Source: an uncultured Candidatus Saccharibacteria bacterium (lineage in GTDB: Bacteria; Patescibacteriota; Saccharimonadia; Saccharimonadales; EFPC-124). Taken from it: a stretch of 50,843 nucleotides of DNA. A program made the translations under genes and the position numbers. Under the pieces are notes generated by a model. The model saw only the letters and a list, made by a program, of their open reading frames with translations, was not told where the DNA came from and did not search any database. The stretch is taken from assembly GCA_964405095.1 (NCBI GenBank), contig CAYOML010000005.1, positions 1-50,843 on the forward strand. Direction: 5' to 3'. How positions within the stretch are numbered: position 1 is the first letter of the stretch; each line of letters begins with the position of its first letter. Positions 20,835-29,380 of the stretch are shown piece after piece.

Positions 20835-21458
20835 TTACTTCGTGCGTGTCAGTTCGTATACCGTTAGCGTCTCTGGTAACAGAGAGGCTTTAAGTTTCAA
20901 CTTGGCGAGTGTTTCCTGGTGAGCACCTAGTTCTTTAAGAAAGTCTTCGAGACTGGCTTGTGGTACCTCGTATTTAACCCCCTCCTCAGAGTAGTGTGTG
21001 GGGATGATGGCCTTGGGCCCAATCGCCTTTACTACTTCGACGGCCTCTTTGGGATCTAGGGTAAGCCCATAACCGCCAACTGGGATAACTAATATATCGA
21101 CCACGCCGATGGTTTCTAGCTCCTCGTCTGTTAGTTTAGGCTTTATATGCCCAACGATTGCAACTGTGCAATCATCTAGCTCCAAACGGTAGATTGTTGC
21201 CTTTTCATTGGATTCATCGCTGTAGGCCTCGGCTGCCACGCCCTTAATCGAGCAGTTGTGGACTTCGTACTCACCTGGTCCGTCTATAACCACAGTGTCG
21301 TCGTTACCGGTTGCCACCGACGATCTGTGGGTGAGTATCTGAGCTGTTGCATCACCCTGGTCTTTAAGGCCAAACTGACTAAGCTTGGGGTCAACTACAA
21401 AACTATACTTCTTGTGCGAGATAACTACACAATTTCCGCCTTTGCGTTCAATATCCAT
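20835..21458 (-). CDS. MBL-fold metallo-hydrolase-like protein (Lactamase_B_3 type)
   Basis: VVDP, IDGPGEYEV, VDILVIPVGG, IIPTHY; metal-binding motif partly degenerate. Confidence 0.85.
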   Translation of the reverse strand: MDIERKGGNCVVISHKKYSFVVDPKLSQFGLKDQGDATAQILTHRSSVATGNDDTVVIDGPGEYEVHNCSIKGVAAEAYSDESNEKATIYRLELDDCTVAIVGHIKPKLTDEELETIGVVDILVIPVGGYGLTLDPKEAVEVVKAIGPKAIIPTHYSEEGVKYEVPQASLEDFLKELGAHQETLAKLKLKASLLPETLTVYELTRTK

Positions 21459-21470
21459 ACGACTCTCCTT

Positions 21471-22064
21471 TTAGGCCTCTGATAACACGTGCTCTGAATC
21501 TTGCAGCAATGTAAACTTACCGTTAATTATATCTGTAATAAACCGATCTTTGATACTGAGGCGATAATAGAAGTCTTCGTAGGGCATAACAGTGTAATTA
21601 AGCTGCCTGCCCTCTTCTTCCTCCATCTGTTTTACAAACCGTTTCAGCTGGGTTTTGTTGATGTTGCCAGCTAATAACACATCAACATCACTCTGGCTAC
21701 CGCGGACAAGCCCGCCACTTAGTAGGGCAACCCGAACATCACCTATGGCTTTAAGGCGCTTAGGCCAATCACTCACTGCTGCTGGGCTTGCTGACTCGGT
21801 GCCAAGTGCGCGATCGGCAAATATAGCGCGCAGAGGTTCATAGTGAACGTAATTCTGGTTGATCTCATAGTAAAGCCTATTGTTTGAACTATCGCTCTGG
21901 ATGATGCCAATACTAAGCATGTTCGCGAGCTCGCGGCGCACTGAATTAATCTGTTCCTCGATCTTGCGAGTAATTTCGCGCACATAAAAAGCACGGTTGG
22001 GGTTGTTCAGGAATAGATGCAGCAATTTTACCCGAGTTTTTGAACCAAATAAGGCGTCAATCAT
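21471..22064 (-). CDS. Winged-helix regulator fused to minimal nucleotidyltransferase-like domain
   Basis: LFGSKTRVKLL..YVREITR..INSVRREL wHTH; C-terminal SG....SDVDVL resembling GS..DxD. Confidence 0.8.
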   Translation of the reverse strand: MIDALFGSKTRVKLLHLFLNNPNRAFYVREITRKIEEQINSVRRELANMLSIGIIQSDSSNNRLYYEINQNYVHYEPLRAIFADRALGTESASPAAVSDWPKRLKAIGDVRVALLSGGLVRGSQSDVDVLLAGNINKTQLKRFVKQMEEEEGRQLNYTVMPYEDFYYRLSIKDRFITDIINGKFTLLQDSEHVLSEA

Positions 22065-22104
22065 TTCCCGCTTCCACTTAATACTTCTGATTCATTGTAT
22101 CAAA

Positions 22105-22995
22105 TTATGGTGTTCTTCGGATACCTTTTACAAAATCATCGATCAGACCCATCAGTTGCTCAGATGATCCCCAATGGATAGCCGGGTTGCGCTTAAACCA
22201 GGTCAGTTGGCGCTTTACCAGAGACATATCACTCCTCACAAATTCTTCGATGGCTTGAGTCTCAGTTTTATCGCCGGCCACAACATCTTTGAAGATTCGA
22301 TATATATTACCAGTCATTGCCTCACTACCCCACCCGTACCGCTCACTCAAGCTTTTGACCTCATCAACAATGCCCTCTTTTAGCATAGCGTGGGCACGTT
22401 GTTCGATTCGTTCACGTAATTTTTCTTTTTCTGTTGCTATTCCAACAACTAGTGTATTGTGTCTGAGTTGACCATTCCTATGTGGTAGACCACCAAGTTC
22501 TATAGCGCGTATTAAATGACGTTTATTTTTGGAATTTATCGGTATTTCGATGTCGTTTAGTCTACATATTTCTTGCAACTCCTCAACACTTTTTGCCTCA
22601 AGTTCTATGCGCCTGGCTAAATCCGATGGTGACCCAAACTGGTAGTCAAAAATTACAGAGTCAACATATAGCCCTGTTCCCCCGACCATGATCGGTAGTT
22701 TACCTTTTCCATTAATATAATCTATGGCGTGCTCCGCCCTTAGCCTAAAGTCGGCAGCACTAAACTTTTCATCTGGTCTGACTAAATCTAGCAGATAATG
22801 CGGAACTCTCTCCCTATCTGCCTCCGAGGGCTTTGCAGTACCTATATCCATACCCTTATAAACTGTTCGAGAGTCAGCGCAAATTATCTCCCCGTTGTGC
22901 CTCTGGGCGACTTGCATAGCAAGAGCAGACTTACCGCTAGCGGTCGGGCCGACAATTACTAGTAGCTTATGCGCCTGTTCAACACTATTTGACAT
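22105..22995 (-). CDS. miaA: tRNA dimethylallyltransferase
   Basis: GPTASGKS, ADSRTVYKGMDIGTAKP, VGGTGLY, KRQLTWF. Confidence 0.97.
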   Translation of the reverse strand: MSNSVEQAHKLLVIVGPTASGKSALAMQVAQRHNGEIICADSRTVYKGMDIGTAKPSEADRERVPHYLLDLVRPDEKFSAADFRLRAEHAIDYINGKGKLPIMVGGTGLYVDSVIFDYQFGSPSDLARRIELEAKSVEELQEICRLNDIEIPINSKNKRHLIRAIELGGLPHRNGQLRHNTLVVGIATEKEKLRERIEQRAHAMLKEGIVDEVKSLSERYGWGSEAMTGNIYRIFKDVVAGDKTETQAIEEFVRSDMSLVKRQLTWFKRNPAIHWGSSEQLMGLIDDFVKGIRRTP

Positions 22996-23578
22996 CGAGA
23001 AGACCTACTACATCATCCCAGTTTTTGGCTCGCTTTACAGGAGCCGGCAATGACTCACTTTTATTCCAGCGGTAAACGCCAAATAAGATAGACGGTATAC
23101 CAGCCTCAGCGCACCTTAAACAATGATCCAGACTGTCGTCTATTAGATATGATGCCCTTAGCTCTTGGCACAGTTCTGCCTTTGTTTGTCTGTCACTAGT
23201 CTCCCAGTACGATACAAAGCGTACATCCGCAATCAGGCCCTTGAAGTGTCGATTAAGCCAATCATGTGTAGTCGGAATTACAACTTTGCGTCTAATTGTC
23301 ACCACAACAAGATTAAATTTAGTGGCCAACCTAGTAAGTGCCTCTTTTGCACCTTCGATTACCTCAAAACGCCCATGCTCTAGATCGTTGTGAAACTCGA
23401 TTGCGCGCCGCTCAGCTTCCTCCTCATCCACGTCCCACACCTCTCGCCAGAGGTAGTTAGTAAAGTAGTCATCCTCCGTGTGATTAGTACCGTAGTTTTT
23501 ATTGTGCCAGCGAACAATACCACGAGTGTGTTGTGCTAAAACGTCATCAATATCAATTGCAAGAGTTGGTTTTTGCAT
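22985..23578 (-). CDS. HAD-family 5'(3')-deoxyribonucleotidase-like protein
   Basis: IDIDDVL motif I, VVT.R, K..LIDD, WN motif. Confidence 0.85.
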   Translation of the reverse strand: MQKPTLAIDIDDVLAQHTRGIVRWHNKNYGTNHTEDDYFTNYLWREVWDVDEEEAERRAIEFHNDLEHGRFEVIEGAKEALTRLATKFNLVVVTIRRKVVIPTTHDWLNRHFKGLIADVRFVSYWETSDRQTKAELCQELRASYLIDDSLDHCLRCAEAGIPSILFGVYRWNKSESLPAPVKRAKNWDDVVGLLDVK

Positions 23579-23595
23579 TTCTTACATCGTACACC

Positions 23596-25419
23596 CTAAA
23601 CTAAATGTTGTAAATAACTCTTCAGATCGACAAGATCAACCTTTTCTTCTTTGTCATGCAGGCGTATGCTTACCTGCTTTGCTTCTACGTCCTTAGGACC
23701 GATAACCATTACGACTGGGACTTTTTTGTCTAAAGCCTCGCGTATCTTCTTACCTAAACTTTCGTTGCGGCTATCTACACTAAAACGTAACTCATTGTAT
23801 TTCAGCGGCTCCATCAGAACCGTACCGGTTAGCAGATCCCCGATCTGCTTAACATAGTCACCAACCGATTCGTTGATAGTCAAAATTCTGATCTGTTCAG
23901 GTGCCATCCAGAACGGAAACCAACCGGCAGTGTGCTCAATATAGACACTTAAGAAGCGTTCTAGTGAACCCAGGATCGCACAGTGCACCATGACCGGACG
24001 TTGCATCGAACCATCTTCAGCCACGTACTCTAGTTTAAAGCGTTCTGGTTGGACAAAGTCGAGCTGAATTGTTGCGACCTGGTGCTCGCGGCCAATAGCG
24101 TCAGTGGCCATAAAATCAATCTTAGGCCCATAGAAGGCCGCTTCACCATCTGCAACAAAGAATTCGAGCTTAGTTTTGTGTGCAACATCGTTGATTGTTG
24201 CTTGTGCTTGTTGCCACAACTCAGCAGCACCAAGATAGGCATCGCTGTCGTCCCTAAAGCTCAAACGCGCCCGAAGAGGCATGCCAATCAGCCCATATAG
24301 GTTCTGCACGTCCTTAATTAGAGCTCTAACCACATCCTCTATCTGCTCCTCGCGGCAGTAGACGTGGCTATCATCTTGGGATATCGAACGTACCCGGCTT
24401 AACCCGCCTAGCTCACCAGTCTTTTCGTCGCGATAAACGGTAGTGGTCTCGAAATAGCGCACAGGTAGTTCGCGATAGCTTCGAGGCTGATTAGCGTATA
24501 TCTGGTTATGGTGCGGGCAGTTCATTGGTTTCAGGGCAAAGCTATCTGAAGTTTCTTGGCTTTTTACCAGAAATAACTCATCACCAAACTTATCCCAATG
24601 TCCTGATACCTTGTAAAGCTCCACTTTTGTTATATGCGGAATACTAACACGCTGGAAACCTGCTGCCTTACGCAACTGCTCAGCATAACCGGTCAGTTTC
24701 TCGCGAAGTACTGTACCACGCGGCGTAAACAACGGCAGCCCAGCGCCCACCAATGGTGAAGTCGTGTAGAGATCAAGCTCCTGGCCAAGCTTGCGATGAT
24801 CGCGTTTACGCGCTTCTTCAAGCATAGCCAGATAGTGATCAAGTTCATCCTGCTTCTCGAAGGCAACACCTACCACCCGCTGCATCTGAGGATTGCCTTC
24901 TTTACTACGCCAATACACGCCCGAGACGCGCATAAGTTTAAAGGCGCCCACTTTGCCTGTGCTGACCACGTGCGGGCCGCGGCAGAGGTCGGTAAAGTCA
25001 CCATTACGGTAGAAAGACACCTCGTCAACTTTACTGCCCTCTTTCGCCTCTAACCCTAACTCATCTACATCAAGTTCCTTAACTATTGTTGTGCCGGCAC
25101 GTTGGAGGTCGTTAAGTAACTCGGCTTTATATGGCTGCTTGGCTTCTTTGGCCCAAGTAATGGCATCATGTATGGATTTACTGAACTGCTCAAAAGGTTG
25201 ATCTTCGGCAACGATCTTCTTCATCTCGGCTTCGATCTTCTCAAAGTCGTCTTCAGACAGATGAGCCTTCCCCAGATCAAGGTCGTAATAGAAACCATTA
25301 TCAATGACAGGGCCAACGCCCAGTTTGGCCTCTGGCCAGAGTCGCTTTACTGCACTAGCAAAAACATGCGCTGCACTATGGCGCATTGCGTACAAATTAT
25401 CGTGCGGAGAGTGAGACAT
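23596..25419 (-). CDS. thrS: Threonyl-tRNA synthetase
   Basis: RHSAAH, DLCRGPH, RDHRKLG, LKPMNCP, AFYGPKID, GSLERF. Confidence 0.98.
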   Translation of the reverse strand: MSHSPHDNLYAMRHSAAHVFASAVKRLWPEAKLGVGPVIDNGFYYDLDLGKAHLSEDDFEKIEAEMKKIVAEDQPFEQFSKSIHDAITWAKEAKQPYKAELLNDLQRAGTTIVKELDVDELGLEAKEGSKVDEVSFYRNGDFTDLCRGPHVVSTGKVGAFKLMRVSGVYWRSKEGNPQMQRVVGVAFEKQDELDHYLAMLEEARKRDHRKLGQELDLYTTSPLVGAGLPLFTPRGTVLREKLTGYAEQLRKAAGFQRVSIPHITKVELYKVSGHWDKFGDELFLVKSQETSDSFALKPMNCPHHNQIYANQPRSYRELPVRYFETTTVYRDEKTGELGGLSRVRSISQDDSHVYCREEQIEDVVRALIKDVQNLYGLIGMPLRARLSFRDDSDAYLGAAELWQQAQATINDVAHKTKLEFFVADGEAAFYGPKIDFMATDAIGREHQVATIQLDFVQPERFKLEYVAEDGSMQRPVMVHCAILGSLERFLSVYIEHTAGWFPFWMAPEQIRILTINESVGDYVKQIGDLLTGTVLMEPLKYNELRFSVDSRNESLGKKIREALDKKVPVVMVIGPKDVEAKQVSIRLHDKEEKVDLVDLKSYLQHLV

Positions 25420-25442
25420 AGGAAATTCCTTTTTAAAAATGA

Positions 25443-25520
25443 TAGTAACAACAAAATGGGTTAGAAAATTACCCCCTAGGGGGTCGTAGTGCGTACAACT
25501 GTTGTTACTAAACGCCTCAT
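25443..25520 (-). promoter_or_regulatory. thrS leader peptide (MRRLVTTVVRTTTP, 25476-25520) with attenuator-like hairpins
   Basis: Five Thr codons; ACCCCC/GGGGGT hairpin over the stop codon; 11-bp complementarity between 25500-25510 and 25443-25453; TACAAT upstream. Confidence 0.75.
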
Positions 25521-25617
25521 GACTAGGTTTATTGTAATCGGTTGGGGCGCAGTTAACAAGAAATAATTCAGTTGTTAGTAAGGGACATCGAACCTGCAGG
25601 TTCGAGCTTTAATAAAA

Positions 25618-25667
25618 CCACCAAAGTAAATACCCCTAGACGAGTCCAAGGGTATTTACTTTGGTGG
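25618..25667 (-). terminator. Hairpin terminator after tRNA-Val
   Basis: CCACCAAAGTAAATACCC...GGGTATTTACTTTGGTGG, an 18-bp inverted repeat. Confidence 0.8.
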
Positions 25668-25738
25668 GCTCTACAGGACTCGAACCTGTGACCTCTTCCA
25701 CGTCAAGGAAGCGCTCTAGCCAACTGAGCTAAGAGCCC
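25662..25738 (-). tRNA. tRNA-Val(GAC)
   Basis: GGGCTCT..CTTCC TTGACGT GGAAG..GGTTCGAGTCC..AGAGCCCACCA. Confidence 0.96.
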
Positions 25739-25864
25739 ATGCAATAACAGATTACGATAAATTATGCCGATGATCAATAGTCGGCTAAAAAACCATATAT
25801 GGTATTATGGGTTATTAAACTCAATTTGACTATACATGACGTTTATGCTAATATAGTATTTGCT

Positions 25865-25987
25865 ATGAATACTACTGCGGTAACACCAAGCGCACAGCAA
25901 TCAGAGCTAAACAAATTCAGGCTGTTCTACGAACAGATTGATGACCACACCCCAGAGCGTCGCCCAAAGCAGCGTCAAAATAAGTAA
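25865..25987 (+). CDS. Small hypothetical protein (40 aa)
   Basis: Promoter TTGACT-17-TAATAT (25826-25854) upstream and terminator-like hairpin (~26014-26043) downstream. Confidence 0.5.
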   Translation: MNTTAVTPSAQQSELNKFRLFYEQIDDHTPERRPKQRQNK

Positions 25988-26103
25988 TCAATAACCATAA
26001 TAGTTATCAACCGGCCGGCACCTACAGTAGTAGTGTCGGCTTTCCACATTTTTACACGCCTTTTCCACTAGACTTTCAGACTGCCGTATGACAATATATA
26101 GTC

Positions 26104-26562
26104 ATGGTGTGTCCATTTTGCCTTCACAAGAAAACTCGTGTTTACAACTCCCGGCCTGGTACAAAACTGAATGCTACCTGGCGTCGGCGCGAATGTTTGA
26201 ACTGCAAGCGACAGTTTACAACTTACGAAAGCGCTGATCCATCTGACATCTTAACTATACGTGTAGGCCGTAGACTGATACCTTTTGCGCGCAATACACT
26301 TCTAATCAGTTTACTTCGTGCCTGTGACCATCGCCGCGATGCAGCTGAAACCGCCTCATATCTACTCAGTAATATCGAGCAACGGCTTTACAGGGAGATT
26401 GCAGCAACTGATTCGCGAACTATTACCAAACAAGATATTATTAATATTACCACCGAAATACTCCATAAGTTTGACACGGTAGCATATGTAAAATACGTTG
26501 GGCAATATCAACCCAATATCAATGCTTCTATCCTTAACCGAGCGTTGCGTAAGAAGACATAG
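26104..26562 (+). CDS. nrdR: NrdR-like transcriptional repressor (Zn ribbon + ATP-cone)
   Basis: MVCPFC..SR..RRRECLNC..FTTYE; C-terminal D.VAYVKY. Confidence 0.85.
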   Translation: MVCPFCLHKKTRVYNSRPGTKLNATWRRRECLNCKRQFTTYESADPSDILTIRVGRRLIPFARNTLLISLLRACDHRRDAAETASYLLSNIEQRLYREIAATDSRTITKQDIINITTEILHKFDTVAYVKYVGQYQPNINASILNRALRKKT

Positions 26563-26563
26563 G

Positions 26564-28186
26564 CTACTTTTTGACGGCTTTAACTGTAACGTCGAACCTG
26601 TCGAGATACTTACCTATCAAGAGGCGCGTTTGAGAGTAGATTGCGGCAGCCGAGCCGTAGCCAATACTTACTACAGGCATCATTAGCCACTGCAACAACA
26701 TAAATATATTACGACGGCGTTTGTACCTGGCGGGTCGTGGCGGCAACATCTTAAACGTCAGATATATGGTGATAAACAGACCAAACATAGCCACAAATTG
26801 TAGCTGGCTGGCAACCAGAGGTAAGTTGTGCGCTACTATACTGCGACTGGATTCACTATTGATTAGTAATGGCGCCCAGGCACCAAATGTAATAATAATT
26901 GGCGCAGACGACCAACTAACGTGATTATCTAGTAAACGTATAAACCGGGCCAGAAAGGGCCAGAAAGGCGCGCTGCGGCCCTTACGAAAGCCTTGGTTGG
27001 CAACATAAGCAATATCCGAGGCACCGTACGCCCAGCGCCTTAGCTGTACAAATTGAGCACGAATAGTTTTCGCGTATGTCTCAGATAAGACTGCGTCCTG
27101 GTAAATCGGTACATATATGGGCGTAACCTCGTAGTTACCATTAAATGCAAAATAGCTACGCCAGTATTGATGACCATCTTCAACTATGGTACGGGTGCTC
27201 CAAAAATTTGTGGCAATAAGTGACGCCATGCCCTGTGAGTGAGATGAAAAGTTGCGGAGTATGTGTGGCCTAGTGGCATTGATGATCGTCCAAAAAGAGT
27301 TACCCGTTGCCAATACCCTCATGGGTGCAGGTGCATCCCAGATGTTATTAAGATACAGGGCAATCGGCTGGTAGGCTCTATGGTCACGCTCTGGGTCGAC
27401 AATATATTCGTAGGCAGCGTAGGCAAGATACTGCGAGTGTGGCCGGTTATCGGCATCAAGTGTTGTAACTAGCACATTTTTAGGATCAATTGCTCTTTCG
27501 GCTAACACTTCTCGGAGATAGTGACCGGTGAAAGTTATATTACCACCCTTACCCACCACCTCGTCTGGTATATCCTTGGGGTGCATAACCGCTGCCGCGA
27601 AATAGCAGCTCCCAGCATAATGGGTCGCTAACTCAACAGCCGTCCTCTTATTCTCGTCTGGGCAGCGCTCTTCATAGGCAATGACTAGGATTACTTGCTT
27701 CATATCAAAATTGCTGGCGAAAATTGCATCAAGAGTCGGCTGTAGAACAGCGCGGGATTCAAGATACACTGGGACAACAACAGCGTTGTAAAATTTGCTT
27801 GGCCTAATATAATCTGTTGGCTCGTCACTAATCTTATGTAGATTTTTGATATGTTGTGAAAGTAACCACCCCTTACGTACCAAATTGGGCTCATACAGCT
27901 TAAGTGACTGAGGAGGATCTTCAAGCTCCAACAACCTAGCATTCCAATCAACACTGCTCGCTTTACCCAGCTTGCCATATCCTTGGATAGTGCGGTATGC
28001 TATACCGATGGCCTTTACGAAGAACATGATCAGATAACCGATAATGAAAATTGCCGCCCACAATGGGTTAACGATGCTAAGAACAATTGGCAAGGAAATT
28101 AGACTATAAGTGAACAACGCTGGAAGCATCTCGAACAGGCGGTACTTCAGTGCTCGCTTGCCTATAGGTATTTCTAGATCGATCAT
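26564..28186 (-). CDS. Membrane-embedded processive glycosyltransferase family 2
   Basis: GKGGN, LDAD, VEDG, QLRRW (D,D,D,QxxRW) motifs; multiple TM helices. Confidence 0.9.
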   Translation of the reverse strand: MIDLEIPIGKRALKYRLFEMLPALFTYSLISLPIVLSIVNPLWAAIFIIGYLIMFFVKAIGIAYRTIQGYGKLGKASSVDWNARLLELEDPPQSLKLYEPNLVRKGWLLSQHIKNLHKISDEPTDYIRPSKFYNAVVVPVYLESRAVLQPTLDAIFASNFDMKQVILVIAYEERCPDENKRTAVELATHYAGSCYFAAAVMHPKDIPDEVVGKGGNITFTGHYLREVLAERAIDPKNVLVTTLDADNRPHSQYLAYAAYEYIVDPERDHRAYQPIALYLNNIWDAPAPMRVLATGNSFWTIINATRPHILRNFSSHSQGMASLIATNFWSTRTIVEDGHQYWRSYFAFNGNYEVTPIYVPIYQDAVLSETYAKTIRAQFVQLRRWAYGASDIAYVANQGFRKGRSAPFWPFLARFIRLLDNHVSWSSAPIIITFGAWAPLLINSESSRSIVAHNLPLVASQLQFVAMFGLFITIYLTFKMLPPRPARYKRRRNIFMLLQWLMMPVVSIGYGSAAAIYSQTRLLIGKYLDRFDVTVKAVKK

Positions 28187-28551
28187 ACTACCGGCGTCAG
28201 GTTAAAAATGGCGTTCATGATAATAATAGTCAGAATCATAACCAATAGACTCAGACTAAGAAAACCAAGACTGAGTATGCGGTTGGATTGATAAGTTTTT
28301 ATCGCCAAAAAAGCATTGGTAGAGCCAACTAGTATGCCAAAACCAGCATAACCAAGCTGAGCATACCAATGGTCACGATAAATATTATTCGGTCCGTAGC
28401 TTGTGAAGCGAGCTGGTACCTGTATATCGCTAATGTGAATACGAACAAGGGTTGTAATAATGACTGTGACCACCAGAACTACTAAACCTAAAAGCAGCAT
28501 GATTGCTGCGCGGTCTTTGCCAATAGCCAGCCAATCGGCCCTTTTAATCAT
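28183..28551 (-). CDS. Hypothetical 3-TM membrane protein
   Basis: Hydrophobic ORF overlapping the GT2 start by 4 nt. Confidence 0.75.
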   Translation of the reverse strand: MIKRADWLAIGKDRAAIMLLLGLVVLVVTVIITTLVRIHISDIQVPARFTSYGPNNIYRDHWYAQLGYAGFGILVGSTNAFLAIKTYQSNRILSLGFLSLSLLVMILTIIIMNAIFNLTPVV

Positions 28552-28594
28552 TCATTTTACTCACTTATGAGTTAGTATACACCAAAGTTTACAC

Positions 28595-28669
28595 TGGTGC
28601 GGGTAGAGAGAATCGAACTCTCCGCTTAGCCTTGGGAAGGCCACATATTAACCACTATACGATACCCGC
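28595..28669 (-). tRNA. tRNA-Gly(CCC)
   Basis: GCGGGTA..TGGCC TTCCCAA GGCTA..GTTCGATTC..TACCCGCACCA. Confidence 0.94.
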
Positions 28670-28670
28670 C

Positions 28671-28747
28671 TGGAGCCACCTCGGGGATTCGAACCCCGGA
28701 CCCCCGCTTTACGAAAGCGATGCTCTAGCCAGCTGAGCTAAGGTGGC
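28671..28747 (-). tRNA. tRNA-Thr(CGT)
   Basis: GCCACCT..TCGCT TTCGTAA AGCGG..GGTTCGAATCC..AGGTGGCTCCA. Confidence 0.96.
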
Positions 28748-28783
28748 GTAACAGATCACATTATAACAGATTACGATGGCCAA

Positions 28784-29290
28784 CTATAAGTTCAAACCTT
28801 TACGCACCTGCATCGCAACTTGTTGAGGTGTCATATCATCGGTAGCTATGATTAGTTCACCCTCTATTGGTATCGTTTGCCGACTACCCACATAGTCATC
28901 AAGATCTTGTTTATTGTATATCCTATATGGATCGTTACGCTGTAACACGCGTTGCAGCAAGGTGTCATAGGTCGCCGTCAACAATACGGGGCGAAACACG
29001 TAATTAGGGTCGGACTCAACCGCAAGCTTAACCCCTTCAACCGTTTCTTTATCTGGCGAGCAACGCGTATAGATTATGTTTTCACCTTGGCCTAGCAGAT
29101 GCTCAATAACCGGCCGAGTCACTTCATCCATTAGTCTAGGAATGCGATGCTCTTTCACAACGTTATAGACTGCATTCTTAAGATCATGGAACCATAAAAC
29201 TTTCCAACCAAGCTCTCCCTCGAGAATTCTGGCGACTGTTATTTTGCCAACACCTGGGTTGCCTCGTAGATAAACAAAATGCTTCTTCAT
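28784..29290 (-). CDS. P-loop kinase (AAA_33/nucleotide kinase-like)
   Basis: GNPGVGK Walker A near N-terminus; lid R..QR; 168 aa. Confidence 0.8.
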   Translation of the reverse strand: MKKHFVYLRGNPGVGKITVARILEGELGWKVLWFHDLKNAVYNVVKEHRIPRLMDEVTRPVIEHLLGQGENIIYTRCSPDKETVEGVKLAVESDPNYVFRPVLLTATYDTLLQRVLQRNDPYRIYNKQDLDDYVGSRQTIPIEGELIIATDDMTPQQVAMQVRKGLNL

Positions 29291-29380
29291 GGTCTAATAA
29301 TACCAAATGGGGCCTTAGTGAAGCATATCCTCAAACACTGACTTCTTGGTGAATCAAAGCGTAGGGCATATGGAACGATT

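Noticed and set aside
25588-25605. Palindrome TCGAACCTGCAGGTTCGA as an att-site remnant
   Set aside because: Only 9 bp match the tRNA-Val T-arm, there is no integrase, and the match is too short to support.
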